In this document: piece after piece, positions 7,848 through 17,453 of the stretch | Layout of the letters: every line of letters starts with the position of its first letter | Position numbering within the stretch: the stretch's first letter is position 1 | Sequence record: NC_101820.1 | Source of the DNA: a phage | DNA: 50,768 nt | Reading direction: 5' to 3' (one strand) | Translations under genes and position numbers: made by a program | The notes under the pieces: generated by a model | Databases searched by the model: none | What the model saw: only the letters and a program-made list of their open reading frames with translations | What the model was told of the DNA's origin: nothing

Positions 7848-7861
7848 AATGGAGATCCAAA

Positions 7862-8095
7862 ATGATTAAATACAAATTAACCGTTTCTTTCCGTGATACC
7901 GTTATTCATCCTTTCTACAATAGCTTTGTTAACAGCTTTACAGTAGAAGCGACAAATGATCAGCTTGGCGGTGACGAAACTTGCATTTCTATCGGCAATG
8001 TTGCTTATCCGATTCACAACATTACCAGCATTAAGCGTGAGGTTGTCGCTGATGAATTACAAAGTGAAGATGACGATCCGGCGAATGGGGCGTAA
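7862..8095 (+). CDS. hypothetical protein (77 aa)
   Basis: Track ORF; RBS GGAG immediately after the terminator T-run. Confidence 0.5.
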   Translation: MIKYKLTVSFRDTVIHPFYNSFVNSFTVEATNDQLGGDETCISIGNVAYPIHNITSIKREVVADELQSEDDDPANGA

Positions 8096-8237
8096 CTGCC
8101 AATCATGCAAACAGGAATATGAATGCGTAGTTGATGCTCTTGATGAACTGGAAGCAGTAGCAAAAGCAAAAGAGCAATCGGGCGCTAATCCTGAAACACA
8201 TCAATTTTCAATTAATCTTGTGAGGGCTTTACAATGA
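8052..8237 (+). CDS. hypothetical Cys-containing small protein
   Basis: In frame with track ORF 7956..8237; start uncertain (ATG 8052, 8070 or 8085); CQSC...EC. Confidence 0.35.
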   Translation: MNYKVKMTIRRMGRNCQSCKQEYECVVDALDELEAVAKAKEQSGANPETHQFSINLVRALQ

Positions 8238-8458
8238 TCGCATTATCTTTCTGCATTGGTTTTATCATGGCTATCATTATCTTTTCCGTTGTCATGCGCT
8301 TTGCTTATAAGTTCGTGATTAATAAAGGTTGGTACGCTTCTGCCATCTGGAGCGAAAAACAAAAGAAATGGCTTGTACGTGGTCAATACCTGATGATCGG
8401 CAGCAAGATCCTAAATTCCATTCGAGCCAAAGATGGAAAAGTAAAATATACAGCTTAA
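8234..8458 (+). CDS. small membrane protein (74 aa)
   Basis: Track ORF with ATGA overlap; hydrophobic N-terminus IALSFCIGFIMAIIIFSVV. Confidence 0.5.
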   Translation: MIALSFCIGFIMAIIIFSVVMRFAYKFVINKGWYASAIWSEKQKKWLVRGQYLMIGSKILNSIRAKDGKVKYTA

Positions 8459-8464
8459 AAATTA

Positions 8465-8486
8465 CCCGCCGCACGGCGGGTTTTTT
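8465..8486 (+). terminator. intrinsic terminator
   Basis: CCCGCC gcac GGCGGG followed by TTTTTT. Confidence 0.7.
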
Positions 8487-8536
8487 ATTGCCCGTTGTTT
8501 GGTATAATCAGGCATCTAACCAAAGGAGGATTAACA

Positions 8537-9064
8537 ATGGCTAAAAACGTTGAGCCTGCTGTAAAGGCATTAAATTTCAAAGAGTTATATAATAAAACTT
8601 ATGGCGATATTGTCACGCTAAACAACCGCCACAAGTACACGCCGGAACAGGTTTTTGATATGGCGATCCGCTATTTCACTTGGGCAGAAGAGAATCACAT
8701 CCAGGCGGCTGAAACTGCTTCCTTTCAGGGTGACGTGTACGAGAGCAGAGTTTACAAGCCTCGCGTTTTCACGGTTAACGGATTCAGCTTGTATCTCGGC
8801 GTGACTGAGGCTGCCGTAAGCAAATGGCGTAAAGAGCCTGGATTCTGCGATGTGATGGAGTTTGTTGATAAAGTAATTTACGAGCAAAAATTCCAGCTTG
8901 CGGCAAATAACATGATTAATGCTGGATTTATCGGTAAAGAGATCGGCGTAGAGAAGCCAGCAACAGTGAGCGTTGAAGCTAGCGCGGCAGCTAATGCAAG
9001 CATTGACGCAGTAACTGCCGATGAGGTGAAAGAGGCTGTTATTGATATTCTGGAGCAACTTTAA
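8537..9064 (+). CDS. terminase small subunit
   Basis: ATG 8537 after AAAGGAGG; sits directly upstream of and overlapping (TAATG) the large terminase; size and position typical. Confidence 0.65.
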   Translation: MAKNVEPAVKALNFKELYNKTYGDIVTLNNRHKYTPEQVFDMAIRYFTWAEENHIQAAETASFQGDVYESRVYKPRVFTVNGFSLYLGVTEAAVSKWRKEPGFCDVMEFVDKVIYEQKFQLAANNMINAGFIGKEIGVEKPATVSVEASAAANASIDAVTADEVKEAVIDILEQL

Positions 9065-10632
9065 TGATCATATGGGAAGATTTGACGGCGGCGCAAAAGC
9101 GAGCCATTAAAGAAATCAGTGAGCATTCATTCGAAAAGATGATCAGAATCTGGTTTCAGTTATTGCAGGGGCAAAAATTCCAGAGCAACTGGCATTTTAG
9201 CTTATTGTGCAGTGAGGTAGAGAAGATCATCAATGGAGAGTCGCAGAATGTGATTTTCAACATTACGCCAGGTAGCGGTAAGACTGAGATTTTCTCGATC
9301 CACATGTCACCCTACGCGTCATTGAAAAGTCGGAAGGTGAGAAACCTTAACCTTTCGTTTAGTGATGGACTTGTCCAGCAAAACAGCAACAGGATAAAGG
9401 AGATTATCGGTTCTCCTGAGTGGCAAGAGCTATGGCCAGGAAAACTGGCAAAGGCGAGCGCAAAAGATCTCATAGTTACGGATGGCGGCAAGGTTAAATT
9501 GCAAGTTAACTCACGTTCTATTGGCGGACAGGTAACAGGTTTGCGTGGCGGCTATATGGACGATGGTTTTACTGGTATGCTGGTTCTGGACGATCCAGAC
9601 AAGCCGGATGATATGCTTTCTAAGGTCAAGCGTGAGGCGATCCACATGCGGTTAAAAAACACAGTGCGATCGCGTCGAATGAAAGACACTACGCCGATTG
9701 TTATGGTGCAACAGCGACTACACGTTAATGATTCCACCTGGTTCATGCTTAATGGCGGGATGGGCGGTATTGAGTTTAAAGTTGTGAGCATTCCTGCGCT
9801 GGTTACGAAAGAATACCGCGAAACGCTTCCTGATTGGTTGAAGCCTGAATTTGATCGTGATGTGTTGTCAAGTAAGCCAGTGATGATAGATGGCGTTGCT
9901 CATTATTCATTTTGGCCTGCGAAGGAAAGCGCGGAGGAATTGCTTGCATTGCGCAATGCAGATCCTTATACGTTCGCCAGTCAGTACCAACAGCAACCCA
10001 TCGCGCTTGGCGGCAACGTGTTTAAAACAGAGTGGTTCCAGTATTACGGCAGCGGCGAAAAATGCGCACTTCCTAAACCGGATCGCTTTGAATACACATT
10101 TATTACTGGTGATACCGCGCAGAAGGCCGGAGAGCTTAACGACTATTCAGTTTTTTGTTATTGGGGGATGTATAAGAATCGCGTTTACTTCATTGATGGC
10201 ATTCGCGGAAAGTGGGAAGCGCCGGATCTTGAATTAAATTTTATTGCCTTCGTTAATCAGTGCTGGAAGCGCAATAAGGAGTGTGGCAGCTTGCGACGTA
10301 TCCACATTGAGGATAAGGCCAGCGGCACGGGTTTGATTCAGGGGGCCAAAAAGAAGATCCCGATTGATATAAATCCCGTTCAGCGAAGCAATGACAAGGT
10401 AACGCGAGCAATGGACGCCGCGCCAGTAATGAGGGCCGGACGTGTGGCACTGCCAGAAAGTCATCCCATGTTACCTGAGATACTGGCAGAGGTTGCAGCG
10501 TTCACTTTTGACGATTCTCATCCCCATGATGATATTGTCGATAATATAGTTGATGCTGTTAACGTCGAAATGAACTTGGCTGATGATCCGGTAGCAAGGA
10601 TGAAAAAGCTGGCTGGTCTACGCAATAAATAG
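9064..10632 (+). CDS. terminase large subunit
   Basis: 522 aa; P-loop-like TPGSGKTE near N-terminus and acidic nuclease-like C-terminus (DDSHPHDDIVDNIVD); synteny with portal. Confidence 0.85.
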   Translation: MIIWEDLTAAQKRAIKEISEHSFEKMIRIWFQLLQGQKFQSNWHFSLLCSEVEKIINGESQNVIFNITPGSGKTEIFSIHMSPYASLKSRKVRNLNLSFSDGLVQQNSNRIKEIIGSPEWQELWPGKLAKASAKDLIVTDGGKVKLQVNSRSIGGQVTGLRGGYMDDGFTGMLVLDDPDKPDDMLSKVKREAIHMRLKNTVRSRRMKDTTPIVMVQQRLHVNDSTWFMLNGGMGGIEFKVVSIPALVTKEYRETLPDWLKPEFDRDVLSSKPVMIDGVAHYSFWPAKESAEELLALRNADPYTFASQYQQQPIALGGNVFKTEWFQYYGSGEKCALPKPDRFEYTFITGDTAQKAGELNDYSVFCYWGMYKNRVYFIDGIRGKWEAPDLELNFIAFVNQCWKRNKECGSLRRIHIEDKASGTGLIQGAKKKIPIDINPVQRSNDKVTRAMDAAPVMRAGRVALPESHPMLPEILAEVAAFTFDDSHPHDDIVDNIVDAVNVEMNLADDPVARMKKLAGLRNK

Positions 10633-10658
10633 CACTAATTGCTAAAAAGTTATATAAT
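10630..10658 (+). promoter_or_regulatory. motif variant (TAGCACTAATTGCTAAAAAG) at the terL stop, followed by TATAAT
   Basis: TAG of terL at 10630-10632; TATAAT at 10653-10658; spacing differs from the canonical copies. Confidence 0.3.
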
Positions 10659-10660
10659 CA

Positions 10661-10687
10661 AGGCTGGATTTTTCCAGCCTTTTTTAT
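10661..10687 (+). terminator. intrinsic terminator
   Basis: GGCTGGA ttttt CCAGCC followed by TTTTTT. Confidence 0.7.
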
Positions 10688-10702
10688 TATGGAGATTTGA
10701 CG

Positions 10703-11995
10703 ATGAGCGAAAAAACAAGGCTAGTTAAGGCCGATGGATACAACGAGATTTTCAAGGGTAGTAAGGGCAATGGGCGTGTAGAGTTGCCTTTCTTTATGCA
10801 GGGGTTCGAATACACCACGCACGCTGATTTTTACATTCGTGACGGCCTAGCAAAACGAATCATCGACGTTGTTCCAGAAGAAATGGTGACGCCTGGATTT
10901 AATATTGATGGCGTGGAAGATGAGGAAAGTTTTAGATCTTTGTGGGATGAGAAGCGACTAAACGATAAAATCATTGATGCGCTTTGCTGGTCGCGTCTTT
11001 TTGGTGGCGCTGCAATCGTGGCAATCGTCCAGGATGGCAGGTCGTTAAAGTCACCTGTAGCGCCTGGTGCAATCCTTGAAGATGTTCGCGTTTACGATCG
11101 CTTTCAGGTTAGGGTAGAAAAGCGCGAAACTAATCCACGCAAGGTAAGATATGGTGAGCCATTAATTTACACCATTTCACCTGGTGTCGACTTGCCAGAA
11201 TACCAGGTTCACTATTCGCGAGTCTGTATTATCGACGGTGAGCGGCTACCAAATCAGCGGCGTCAATCAAATGATGGGTGGGGTGAGTCGATCCTGAATA
11301 AGAGACTTGTTGAGGCTATTTGTGATTATAACTACTGCGAAAACTTAGCAACTCAATTGTTGCGACGTAAGCAACAGGCGGTATGGAAAGTTAAAGGTCT
11401 TGCTGATCTTTGTGATGATGATGATGGTGTTAGTGCCGCACGTTTGCGACTTGCTCAAGTTGATGATGAGGGTGGCGTAGGCCGTGCGATCGGCATTGAT
11501 GCGGAAGATGAGGAATATGATGTTTTAAATTCTGATATTTCTGCCGTCGATTCATTCCTGGAAAAGAAGATGGATCGCATTGTATCTCTTTCCGGCATCC
11601 ATGAAATCATCCTCAAAAACAAGAACGTTGGCGGTGTTAGCGCGAGCCAAAACACGGCGCTTGAAACCTTCTACAAGCTGATCGACCGAAAGCGAAAGGA
11701 AGAATACAAACCAATCCTTGAATTTCTGATCCCGTTCCTTATTCAAGAGGAAGAATGGAGCATTCAGTTTGCGCCGTTAAGCGTTCCAAGCGAAAAGGAC
11801 CAGGCCGAAATCTTGAACAAGAACATTGATTCTTTGAGTAAGGCTATTGACGGTCAATTCATGGATGCAGAAGAGGCGCGCGACACATTGCGAGCCATTG
11901 CGCCTAACGTTAAACTAAAAGACGGCAATGACATTAAATTACCTGAGCAAGACGTAGAGCCGGAGCCAGGAACAACAGAGGGTAGCAATCAATGA
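10703..11995 (+). CDS. portal protein
   Basis: About 430 aa between terminase and the Mu-F-like head morphogenesis gene; ATG 10703 after GGAG (track start 10697 is a TTG). Confidence 0.75.
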   Translation: MSEKTRLVKADGYNEIFKGSKGNGRVELPFFMQGFEYTTHADFYIRDGLAKRIIDVVPEEMVTPGFNIDGVEDEESFRSLWDEKRLNDKIIDALCWSRLFGGAAIVAIVQDGRSLKSPVAPGAILEDVRVYDRFQVRVEKRETNPRKVRYGEPLIYTISPGVDLPEYQVHYSRVCIIDGERLPNQRRQSNDGWGESILNKRLVEAICDYNYCENLATQLLRRKQQAVWKVKGLADLCDDDDGVSAARLRLAQVDDEGGVGRAIGIDAEDEEYDVLNSDISAVDSFLEKKMDRIVSLSGIHEIILKNKNVGGVSASQNTALETFYKLIDRKRKEEYKPILEFLIPFLIQEEEWSIQFAPLSVPSEKDQAEILNKNIDSLSKAIDGQFMDAEEARDTLRAIAPNVKLKDGNDIKLPEQDVEPEPGTTEGSNQ

Positions 11996-12747
11996 TAGTG
12001 AAAGGCGTCGTTAAACAATGGCGCTTTCCTGAAGCAAGCGAGCGGCAATTGCGCCGCTCAATTCAGGAGGCGATAAGGGATCTTGTTGTGCTGATGCGCA
12101 GCAAAACAAAGGAAATGAAATTTGACGCGGACACCGAAGAAATCAACGCCGCAGAGGATGAGATTAGTAGCTTCGCGTTAAAGCTAATAGCTGGCATCGC
12201 CGCATCACTTCCGGCTATCGGTCTTGCTGTTTATAAATTCAACGCGAAGCAATTTATTAACGTAGCCAAATCAACGGGAGGCAAGTCAAATTCAGCCGTT
12301 ATCATCCTTATGGCTATTGGGGCCAATGCGAATGAGAGTTGGTATAGGACGCTATACGGTCAATGGCATGACATGACGATCGCATCTCTTCAAAAGCTAT
12401 TTGGAAACATCGTGTCTGACTGGTCAACCAATATTAGATTGGCAAACTTTCGCGGAATGAGAGATAGCCAGGTTAATGAATTGGCTGGTAAGAGGTTCGC
12501 AGTGTATAGCTCTTGGGGTAAGACAAGGGCGGAAAACATCATAGGCGCTTGGAATAGTAGACTCATGCGCCAGCGTCTTTATGATTCAAAAGTAACTCAT
12601 TATTTTTGGCATGGTATGCTTGATGACAGAGAGCGATTGCAGCATGTACAATGGGAAGGTAAGCGCATTGCGCTAGATTCTGAACATGATTTTCCTGGTG
12701 AGCCTTTCGGTTGTCGTTGTTGGGCCATACCAGATTGGAACAGTTAA
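11992..12747 (+). CDS. head morphogenesis protein (Mu F / SPP1 gp7-like)
   Basis: C-terminal region with WHGMLDDRER...GCRCW resembles the Phage_Mu_F family; position after portal. Confidence 0.75.
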   Translation: MIVKGVVKQWRFPEASERQLRRSIQEAIRDLVVLMRSKTKEMKFDADTEEINAAEDEISSFALKLIAGIAASLPAIGLAVYKFNAKQFINVAKSTGGKSNSAVIILMAIGANANESWYRTLYGQWHDMTIASLQKLFGNIVSDWSTNIRLANFRGMRDSQVNELAGKRFAVYSSWGKTRAENIIGAWNSRLMRQRLYDSKVTHYFWHGMLDDRERLQHVQWEGKRIALDSEHDFPGEPFGCRCWAIPDWNS

Positions 12748-12757
12748 GAGGTATTAA

Positions 12758-13873
12758 ATGAAGGCAAAACAAAGATTTGATAGCGCCAAAGTAAAGGCGC
12801 ACTTTGATGATAACGGGTTTTTAGTTGATCGCCCTATCGTGGCGCGAATTGGTTTACAAGTCTATCAGACTCCTTTCGGTGAGCGCCGAGAATTTCGCCC
12901 TGCGTCAGAAGTATTCAAGGCCGACTCGCTCGCCACCTTTGCAGGGAAGCCGGTCACGGTTGGTCACGTCACGGTAACGCCAGAAAACGCCGAAAAGGTT
13001 GTAGTTGGTTCTTGTGCTGGCGCTGGTGTGCCGAACGGGATCGGCGTAGAGGTTCCGTTAAGCATTTACTCAAAACGAGCAATCGAAAGCGCAAAGAAGC
13101 GAGACACGGCGGAAATTTCAGTTGGTTATACATCGGTTGATATTGATAAACCAGGCTGGGGCAATAATAAAACTGGTGAGTACGTTTTTGATGAGGACGT
13201 TAGCGAAGACTGGAAACCTGATTCTCCTGATTGGGTTAAGTTTGATGCAATCCAGACTGAAATCAAGGTAAACCACATCGCGTTAGTTTTCCGAGGTCGA
13301 GCTGGCATTGCAAAATTAAACCTTGATAGCCAGCAAGATTTTCCGTATAGTGACGACGTTATTAACAACAAAGAGGATCAAATCATGACTGTAAAAATTA
13401 AACTGGATGGCGCTGTAGAGTTTGACGTGCCGAAAGCGGTTGCGGATCACATTGAATCACTGAAAGCTGATACCAAAGCGCAGAAAGAAAAGGCTGACAG
13501 CCTGGAAGCTGAGCGAGACGCACTGCAAACCAAAGTAGATGGCATTCAGGATCAGATTGATGCCGCAGTCAGGAAGGCCAAAGAAGATGCCGAGCAATAT
13601 GCTCAATTAGTGGCAGACGCTAAAGAGTTAGGCATCAAGTGCGACGGCCTGGATGCGAAAGCAATCAAGGTTGCATACATCAAGGAAGTTATGGGCAATG
13701 ACGTTTCTGATAAAACTGATGCCTATATCGAAACAGCTTTCGACATCGCCAAAAACTCTGATAAAATGGCGGCGCAGCGTAAGAGCATTAAAGGTGACTC
13801 TTTCGCGAATGAAAAGCAGGATGACGCAGGTTCTAAGCTGAATCCTAACGCTCGTTTTGAGAAACTGAAATAA
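12758..13873 (+). CDS. head scaffolding or prohead-core protein
   Basis: Globular N-terminal half and coiled-coil-rich, charged C-terminal half; located between head morphogenesis and capsid genes. Confidence 0.5.
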   Translation: MKAKQRFDSAKVKAHFDDNGFLVDRPIVARIGLQVYQTPFGERREFRPASEVFKADSLATFAGKPVTVGHVTVTPENAEKVVVGSCAGAGVPNGIGVEVPLSIYSKRAIESAKKRDTAEISVGYTSVDIDKPGWGNNKTGEYVFDEDVSEDWKPDSPDWVKFDAIQTEIKVNHIALVFRGRAGIAKLNLDSQQDFPYSDDVINNKEDQIMTVKIKLDGAVEFDVPKAVADHIESLKADTKAQKEKADSLEAERDALQTKVDGIQDQIDAAVRKAKEDAEQYAQLVADAKELGIKCDGLDAKAIKVAYIKEVMGNDVSDKTDAYIETAFDIAKNSDKMAAQRKSIKGDSFANEKQDDAGSKLNPNARFEKLK

Positions 13874-13885
13874 GGAGTAATTAAA

Positions 13886-14395
13886 ATGGCTAAAATTGGA
13901 GCAAGTTATTTTGACACTATGGCGCGTGCGCTTCCTGGTCAGGTATCCGATACTTCGGCATATAACATCGACGGCGCTTGTGTTCTTGACAAGAAAGACG
14001 GCATCCCAATCCTGGTTGGCGTGGCTGTTAAGCTAAAAGGCGTTGACTCAATGGGTAATAAGCTGATCGACGCTATTTCTGGTAGTAGTGATGTTCCTTA
14101 TGGCGTTGGCATCCGTTCGCACTTTCAAACTACGGCTGATAATGGACGAATGGTTTATGAGGCTGGCGGCGGAATCAACGTTATGACAGAGGGCCGCGTT
14201 TGGATGGTTGGCGATGATACCGACAAGAGCAAAAAACCATCGTGTCGTGAGCCTGTAAACATTGATGAAAACACTGGCAAGGTGAAAAGTGCTGGCACTA
14301 TCAATACCAACTGGATTTACACGGGAGATAAAACCACATTTGGAACTGGCGATGATGTGTTGACTTTGTTTGAAGTTCAGGTCTTCCCAAGCTAA
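13886..14395 (+). CDS. capsid-associated protein (decoration or cement candidate), paralog 1
   Basis: 169 aa; shares YNIDG, GRVW and W.YTGD motifs with 14446..15042; RBS AAGGAG. Confidence 0.5.
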   Translation: MAKIGASYFDTMARALPGQVSDTSAYNIDGACVLDKKDGIPILVGVAVKLKGVDSMGNKLIDAISGSSDVPYGVGIRSHFQTTADNGRMVYEAGGGINVMTEGRVWMVGDDTDKSKKPSCREPVNIDENTGKVKSAGTINTNWIYTGDKTTFGTGDDVLTLFEVQVFPS

Positions 14396-14401
14396 AATTA
14401 A

Positions 14402-14425
14402 GGCGCTCGCTTGAGCGCCTTTTTT
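14402..14425 (+). terminator. intrinsic terminator
   Basis: GGCGCTC gctt GAGCGCC followed by TTTTTT. Confidence 0.7.
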
Positions 14426-14445
14426 ATTATGTAAGGAGAAATGAA

Positions 14446-15042
14446 ATGGCTAAAGATTATTCATCTGTTATGGGTCTTTCTTGCCCTGGTTGTTTGGTTG
14501 ATTCTACTCGCTACAATATTGATGGAACTGGTGTTTGCGGATCTGAGTCGATCATTGCTGGCAAGGTTGTTTTCTTCAAAGAGAGAGTAGAAGGTTATAA
14601 CATATTTGTTGATCAAAAAGAGGATAATGCAGTAGTTGCTGGTATTGCGCTAAGGAGCAACATAACAACAACAGTTAACGAGGATGGCGGGTACTCTGAC
14701 TACAAAGAAGGTGATCCTATTAGCGTTGTAACTCGTGGTCGCGTGTGGGTGTTAACTGAAAGTATTGATGAAGCTCCTTCACACGGTGAAAAAGTATATG
14801 TTAATAACGATGGATTTGTTGGTAAGTCCGGCGACCAGGTTGTTGATGGGTGGATTTTTACAGGTGATTTTATGAAATTTGACAGTAGCATTAACATTGT
14901 AGGGATTCATATCAAACCTGTAATAGTACATGTTCAAAAGTTAACAGCGGCTATTATTGAAGATGTTGAAGGTAACAAGCCTGATGGAAACAGACCAAAC
15001 AATGAGCCTGTTAATCTCAAGGTTACTGTAGAGCCTGAATGA
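14446..15042 (+). CDS. capsid-associated protein, paralog 2
   Basis: 198 aa; paralogous to 13886..14395; followed by a start-less open frame. Confidence 0.5.
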   Translation: MAKDYSSVMGLSCPGCLVDSTRYNIDGTGVCGSESIIAGKVVFFKERVEGYNIFVDQKEDNAVVAGIALRSNITTTVNEDGGYSDYKEGDPISVVTRGRVWVLTESIDEAPSHGEKVYVNNDGFVGKSGDQVVDGWIFTGDFMKFDSSINIVGIHIKPVIVHVQKLTAAIIEDVEGNKPDGNRPNNEPVNLKVTVEPE

Positions 15043-15238
15043 ATATGCAACAGATAAAACTGGAACATGGGAGATTTCATTAGGAGGAGAATACGCATCA
15101 ATTTCGCCAAGTGGTGACACGGCGCAAGTAACGCCATCAAGCAATGGTGATGTATATGTAAACTGGGTGGCAAATGACGGATCTGGTGTATCTGACACAT
15201 TTATCATCAACTTTGTAGATCCAGAGCCTGGCCCTTAA
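15032..15238 (+). other. start-less open frame (about 68 codons) with Ig-like sequence character; candidate +1 frameshift extension
   Basis: Frame +1 relative to 14446..15042 is open from 15032 to TAA at 15236-15238 with no ATG, GTG or TTG near its 5' end; translation ...TGTWEISLGGEYASISPSGDTAQVTPSSNGDVYVNWVANDGSGVSDTFIINFVDPEPGP. Confidence 0.35.
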
Positions 15239-15256
15239 CATAAAAACATCTTGCAC

Positions 15257-15274
15257 GTTTAACAAAAAGTGCTA
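15257..15274 (-). promoter_or_regulatory. conserved motif, inverted, in the leader of the major capsid gene
   Basis: GTTTAACAAAAAGTGCTA on the plus strand about 45 nt upstream of the ATG; followed by hairpin GGCCGTT/AACGGCC. Confidence 0.4.
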
Positions 15275-15319
15275 TCATCTAGGCCGTTACATTTAACGGC
15301 CTTTTATGGAGGAAACAAA

Positions 15320-16288
15320 ATGGCTAAAAAATATGATGAACTAGATGCTACGATTGTAGCAAATCATTTACAGGTTCAGGGCGTTAAGGGTGATGCTTCT
15401 GATATGGGTATTTGGACCGCTCAAGAGCTACACAAGATCCGCTCAACGGCATACGAGAAAGAGTATCCGGCAGGTTCCGCACTTCGCGTATTCCCTGTAA
15501 CAAACGAGCTTTCTGATACTGATAAGACTTTTGAGTATCAGACTTTTGATAAGGTTGGCTACGCGAAAATTATCGCCGACTACACCGACGATCTGCCGAC
15601 CGTGGACGCGCTGATGACTTCTGAATTTGGCAAGGTGTTCCGCCTGGGTAACGCTTTTCTGATCTCCATTGATGAGATTAAAGCAGGTCAGCGAACTGGC
15701 AAGAGCCTGTCAACTCGCAAGGCTAACGCTGCGCAAAATGCGCATGATCAGTTGATTAACTTCCTGGTGTTCAAAGGTTCCAAGCCTCATAAGATCGTTT
15801 CCGTTTTCGATCACCCTAACCTTACGAAAATTGCTTCTAAAGGATGGATGAGCCAGGATGGAAACACCAAGTCCCCTGATGTGGCAAGCGATGAACTGGA
15901 GGCTGCAATCGAGACTATCGAGGAAGTAACAAAAGGTCAGCACCGCGCGACTAACATCCTGATCCCGCCGTCCATGCGTAAAGTCTTGACGGTTCGAATG
16001 GAAAATACCACTGAAAGTTATCTTGAATACTTCCAGAAGCAAAACGGCGGAATCACTATCGACTCTATCGCAGAGCTTGAGGATATTGACGGCAAAGGTA
16101 TGAAAGGTTGCTTGGTTTACGAAAAAGATCCAATGAACATGAGCATTGAGATTCCAGAAGCGTTTAACATGCTTCCGGCGCAGCCAAAAGACCTTCACTT
16201 CAAGGTTCCTTGCACTTCCAAGTGTACTGGCCTTACGATTTACCGTCCGTTTACGATGGTGCTTATTACTGACCTTGAAAAAGGCTGA
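15320..16288 (+). CDS. major capsid protein
   Basis: 322 aa; ATG 15320 after GGAGG; position between scaffold/decoration genes and head-tail joining genes. Confidence 0.65.
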   Translation: MAKKYDELDATIVANHLQVQGVKGDASDMGIWTAQELHKIRSTAYEKEYPAGSALRVFPVTNELSDTDKTFEYQTFDKVGYAKIIADYTDDLPTVDALMTSEFGKVFRLGNAFLISIDEIKAGQRTGKSLSTRKANAAQNAHDQLINFLVFKGSKPHKIVSVFDHPNLTKIASKGWMSQDGNTKSPDVASDELEAAIETIEEVTKGQHRATNILIPPSMRKVLTVRMENTTESYLEYFQKQNGGITIDSIAELEDIDGKGMKGCLVYEKDPMNMSIEIPEAFNMLPAQPKDLHFKVPCTSKCTGLTIYRPFTMVLITDLEKG

Positions 16289-16303
16289 GTAATTAGATAA
16301 CAT

Positions 16304-16331
16304 GGGGAGCCTTAATGGTTCCCCTTTTTTT
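16304..16331 (+). terminator. intrinsic terminator
   Basis: GGGGAGCC ttaat GGTTCCCC followed by TTTTTTT. Confidence 0.65.
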
Positions 16332-16349
16332 ATTTATGGAGCACACAAA

Positions 16350-16616
16350 ATGAGCAAAAATTTAAAACTTAAAGTAACTGGCGTTTGCATGATTGTCATG
16401 GACGGCAAGCGTTATCATCCTGGTGATGAGATTGAAATTGAATCTGATCGCATTAATGATTCCGCAATTGAATACCTGATCGCTCGCGGCGATATGGAAG
16501 TTAAAGACAATTCCGAAATTAACGAGCAAATCAAGGAGAAAGCGGAGAAGAAGCGCAAAAAAGATCCTACCGAGGGCAAGAGCCGAAAAGAGCTAGAGGA
16601 TGGCGGCGAATATTAA
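16350..16616 (+). CDS. hypothetical structural-module protein (88 aa)
   Basis: ATG 16350 after GGAG; charged K/E-rich C-terminus. Confidence 0.5.
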   Translation: MSKNLKLKVTGVCMIVMDGKRYHPGDEIEIESDRINDSAIEYLIARGDMEVKDNSEINEQIKEKAEKKRKKDPTEGKSRKELEDGGEY

Positions 16617-16662
16617 TAATTGGGGCGCTTATGCGCCCCTTGTCATATCTGGAGAAAACAAA

Positions 16663-17082
16663 ATGGTAGATGAATTTTACACAGACGCTGAAATCGTTCA
16701 GCAAATCGTAAAGTTGGCCCCACCAATGCAGCAGGTTGATCCCGATTTAATTGTGGCATGGATTGAGCTTGCTAAAGAATTTGTTTGCAAAAAACGGTTT
16801 AAAAACTCATACCCGAAAGCGGTTGCGCTTTACACTCTTCACCTTATGACCTTAGACGGGGCAATGAAACAGGAAGGTGAAAGCGTAGAAAGCTATTCCC
16901 GCCGCGTTGCATCGTTCACTCTGACTGGTGAGTTTAGTCAGACGTTTGATCGAATTTCTTCCGATACAAGCGGAAAGCAGATCCGACAAACGCCGTGGGG
17001 CAAAATGTACGAAGTGTTAAACCGTAAGCACGGTGGCGGCTTTGGACTTGTAACTGGATTGCGCCGGAGATGTTGCCGATGA
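16663..17082 (+). CDS. head-tail adaptor / connector-like protein
   Basis: 139 aa; ATG 16663 after GGAG; position after the capsid gene. Confidence 0.45.
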   Translation: MVDEFYTDAEIVQQIVKLAPPMQQVDPDLIVAWIELAKEFVCKKRFKNSYPKAVALYTLHLMTLDGAMKQEGESVESYSRRVASFTLTGEFSQTFDRISSDTSGKQIRQTPWGKMYEVLNRKHGGGFGLVTGLRRRCCR

Positions 17083-17453
17083 ATTACAATGAGATTGCAA
17101 GAATGGCTACTGCTGGGATTAACTTTTTCAGCGACGCTAACGGTATGTTTAAGTGCATCACGCAGCAGGGAGGGGTTGATATTATCGGCGGAGAGGAAGT
17201 TACCAAGCCTGAGATTTCAGTGATGATAAAGGGGCTTGTTAGATCTCCGAGGACTAGAGAGGTTGACGGTGAAACGATCCGAGTAACCGACAAGTTGGGG
17301 GTATTCACCAATGAAACTGAGATCAAAAATGGTTATCAGATTGAAATTGATGGCGATCGTTATGTTGTCGTTGAAGCAAGACCAGTCAGACAGACTAACA
17401 TCACGGCAGCTTATCGTCCGATATTAAGGAGGATTGCAGTGCATGGCGGATAA
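17079..17453 (+). CDS. head-tail joining protein (putative)
   Basis: 124 aa; overlaps neighbours by a few nt, typical of the connector gene cluster. Confidence 0.45.
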   Translation: MNYNEIARMATAGINFFSDANGMFKCITQQGGVDIIGGEEVTKPEISVMIKGLVRSPRTREVDGETIRVTDKLGVFTNETEIKNGYQIEIDGDRYVVVEARPVRQTNITAAYRPILRRIAVHGG

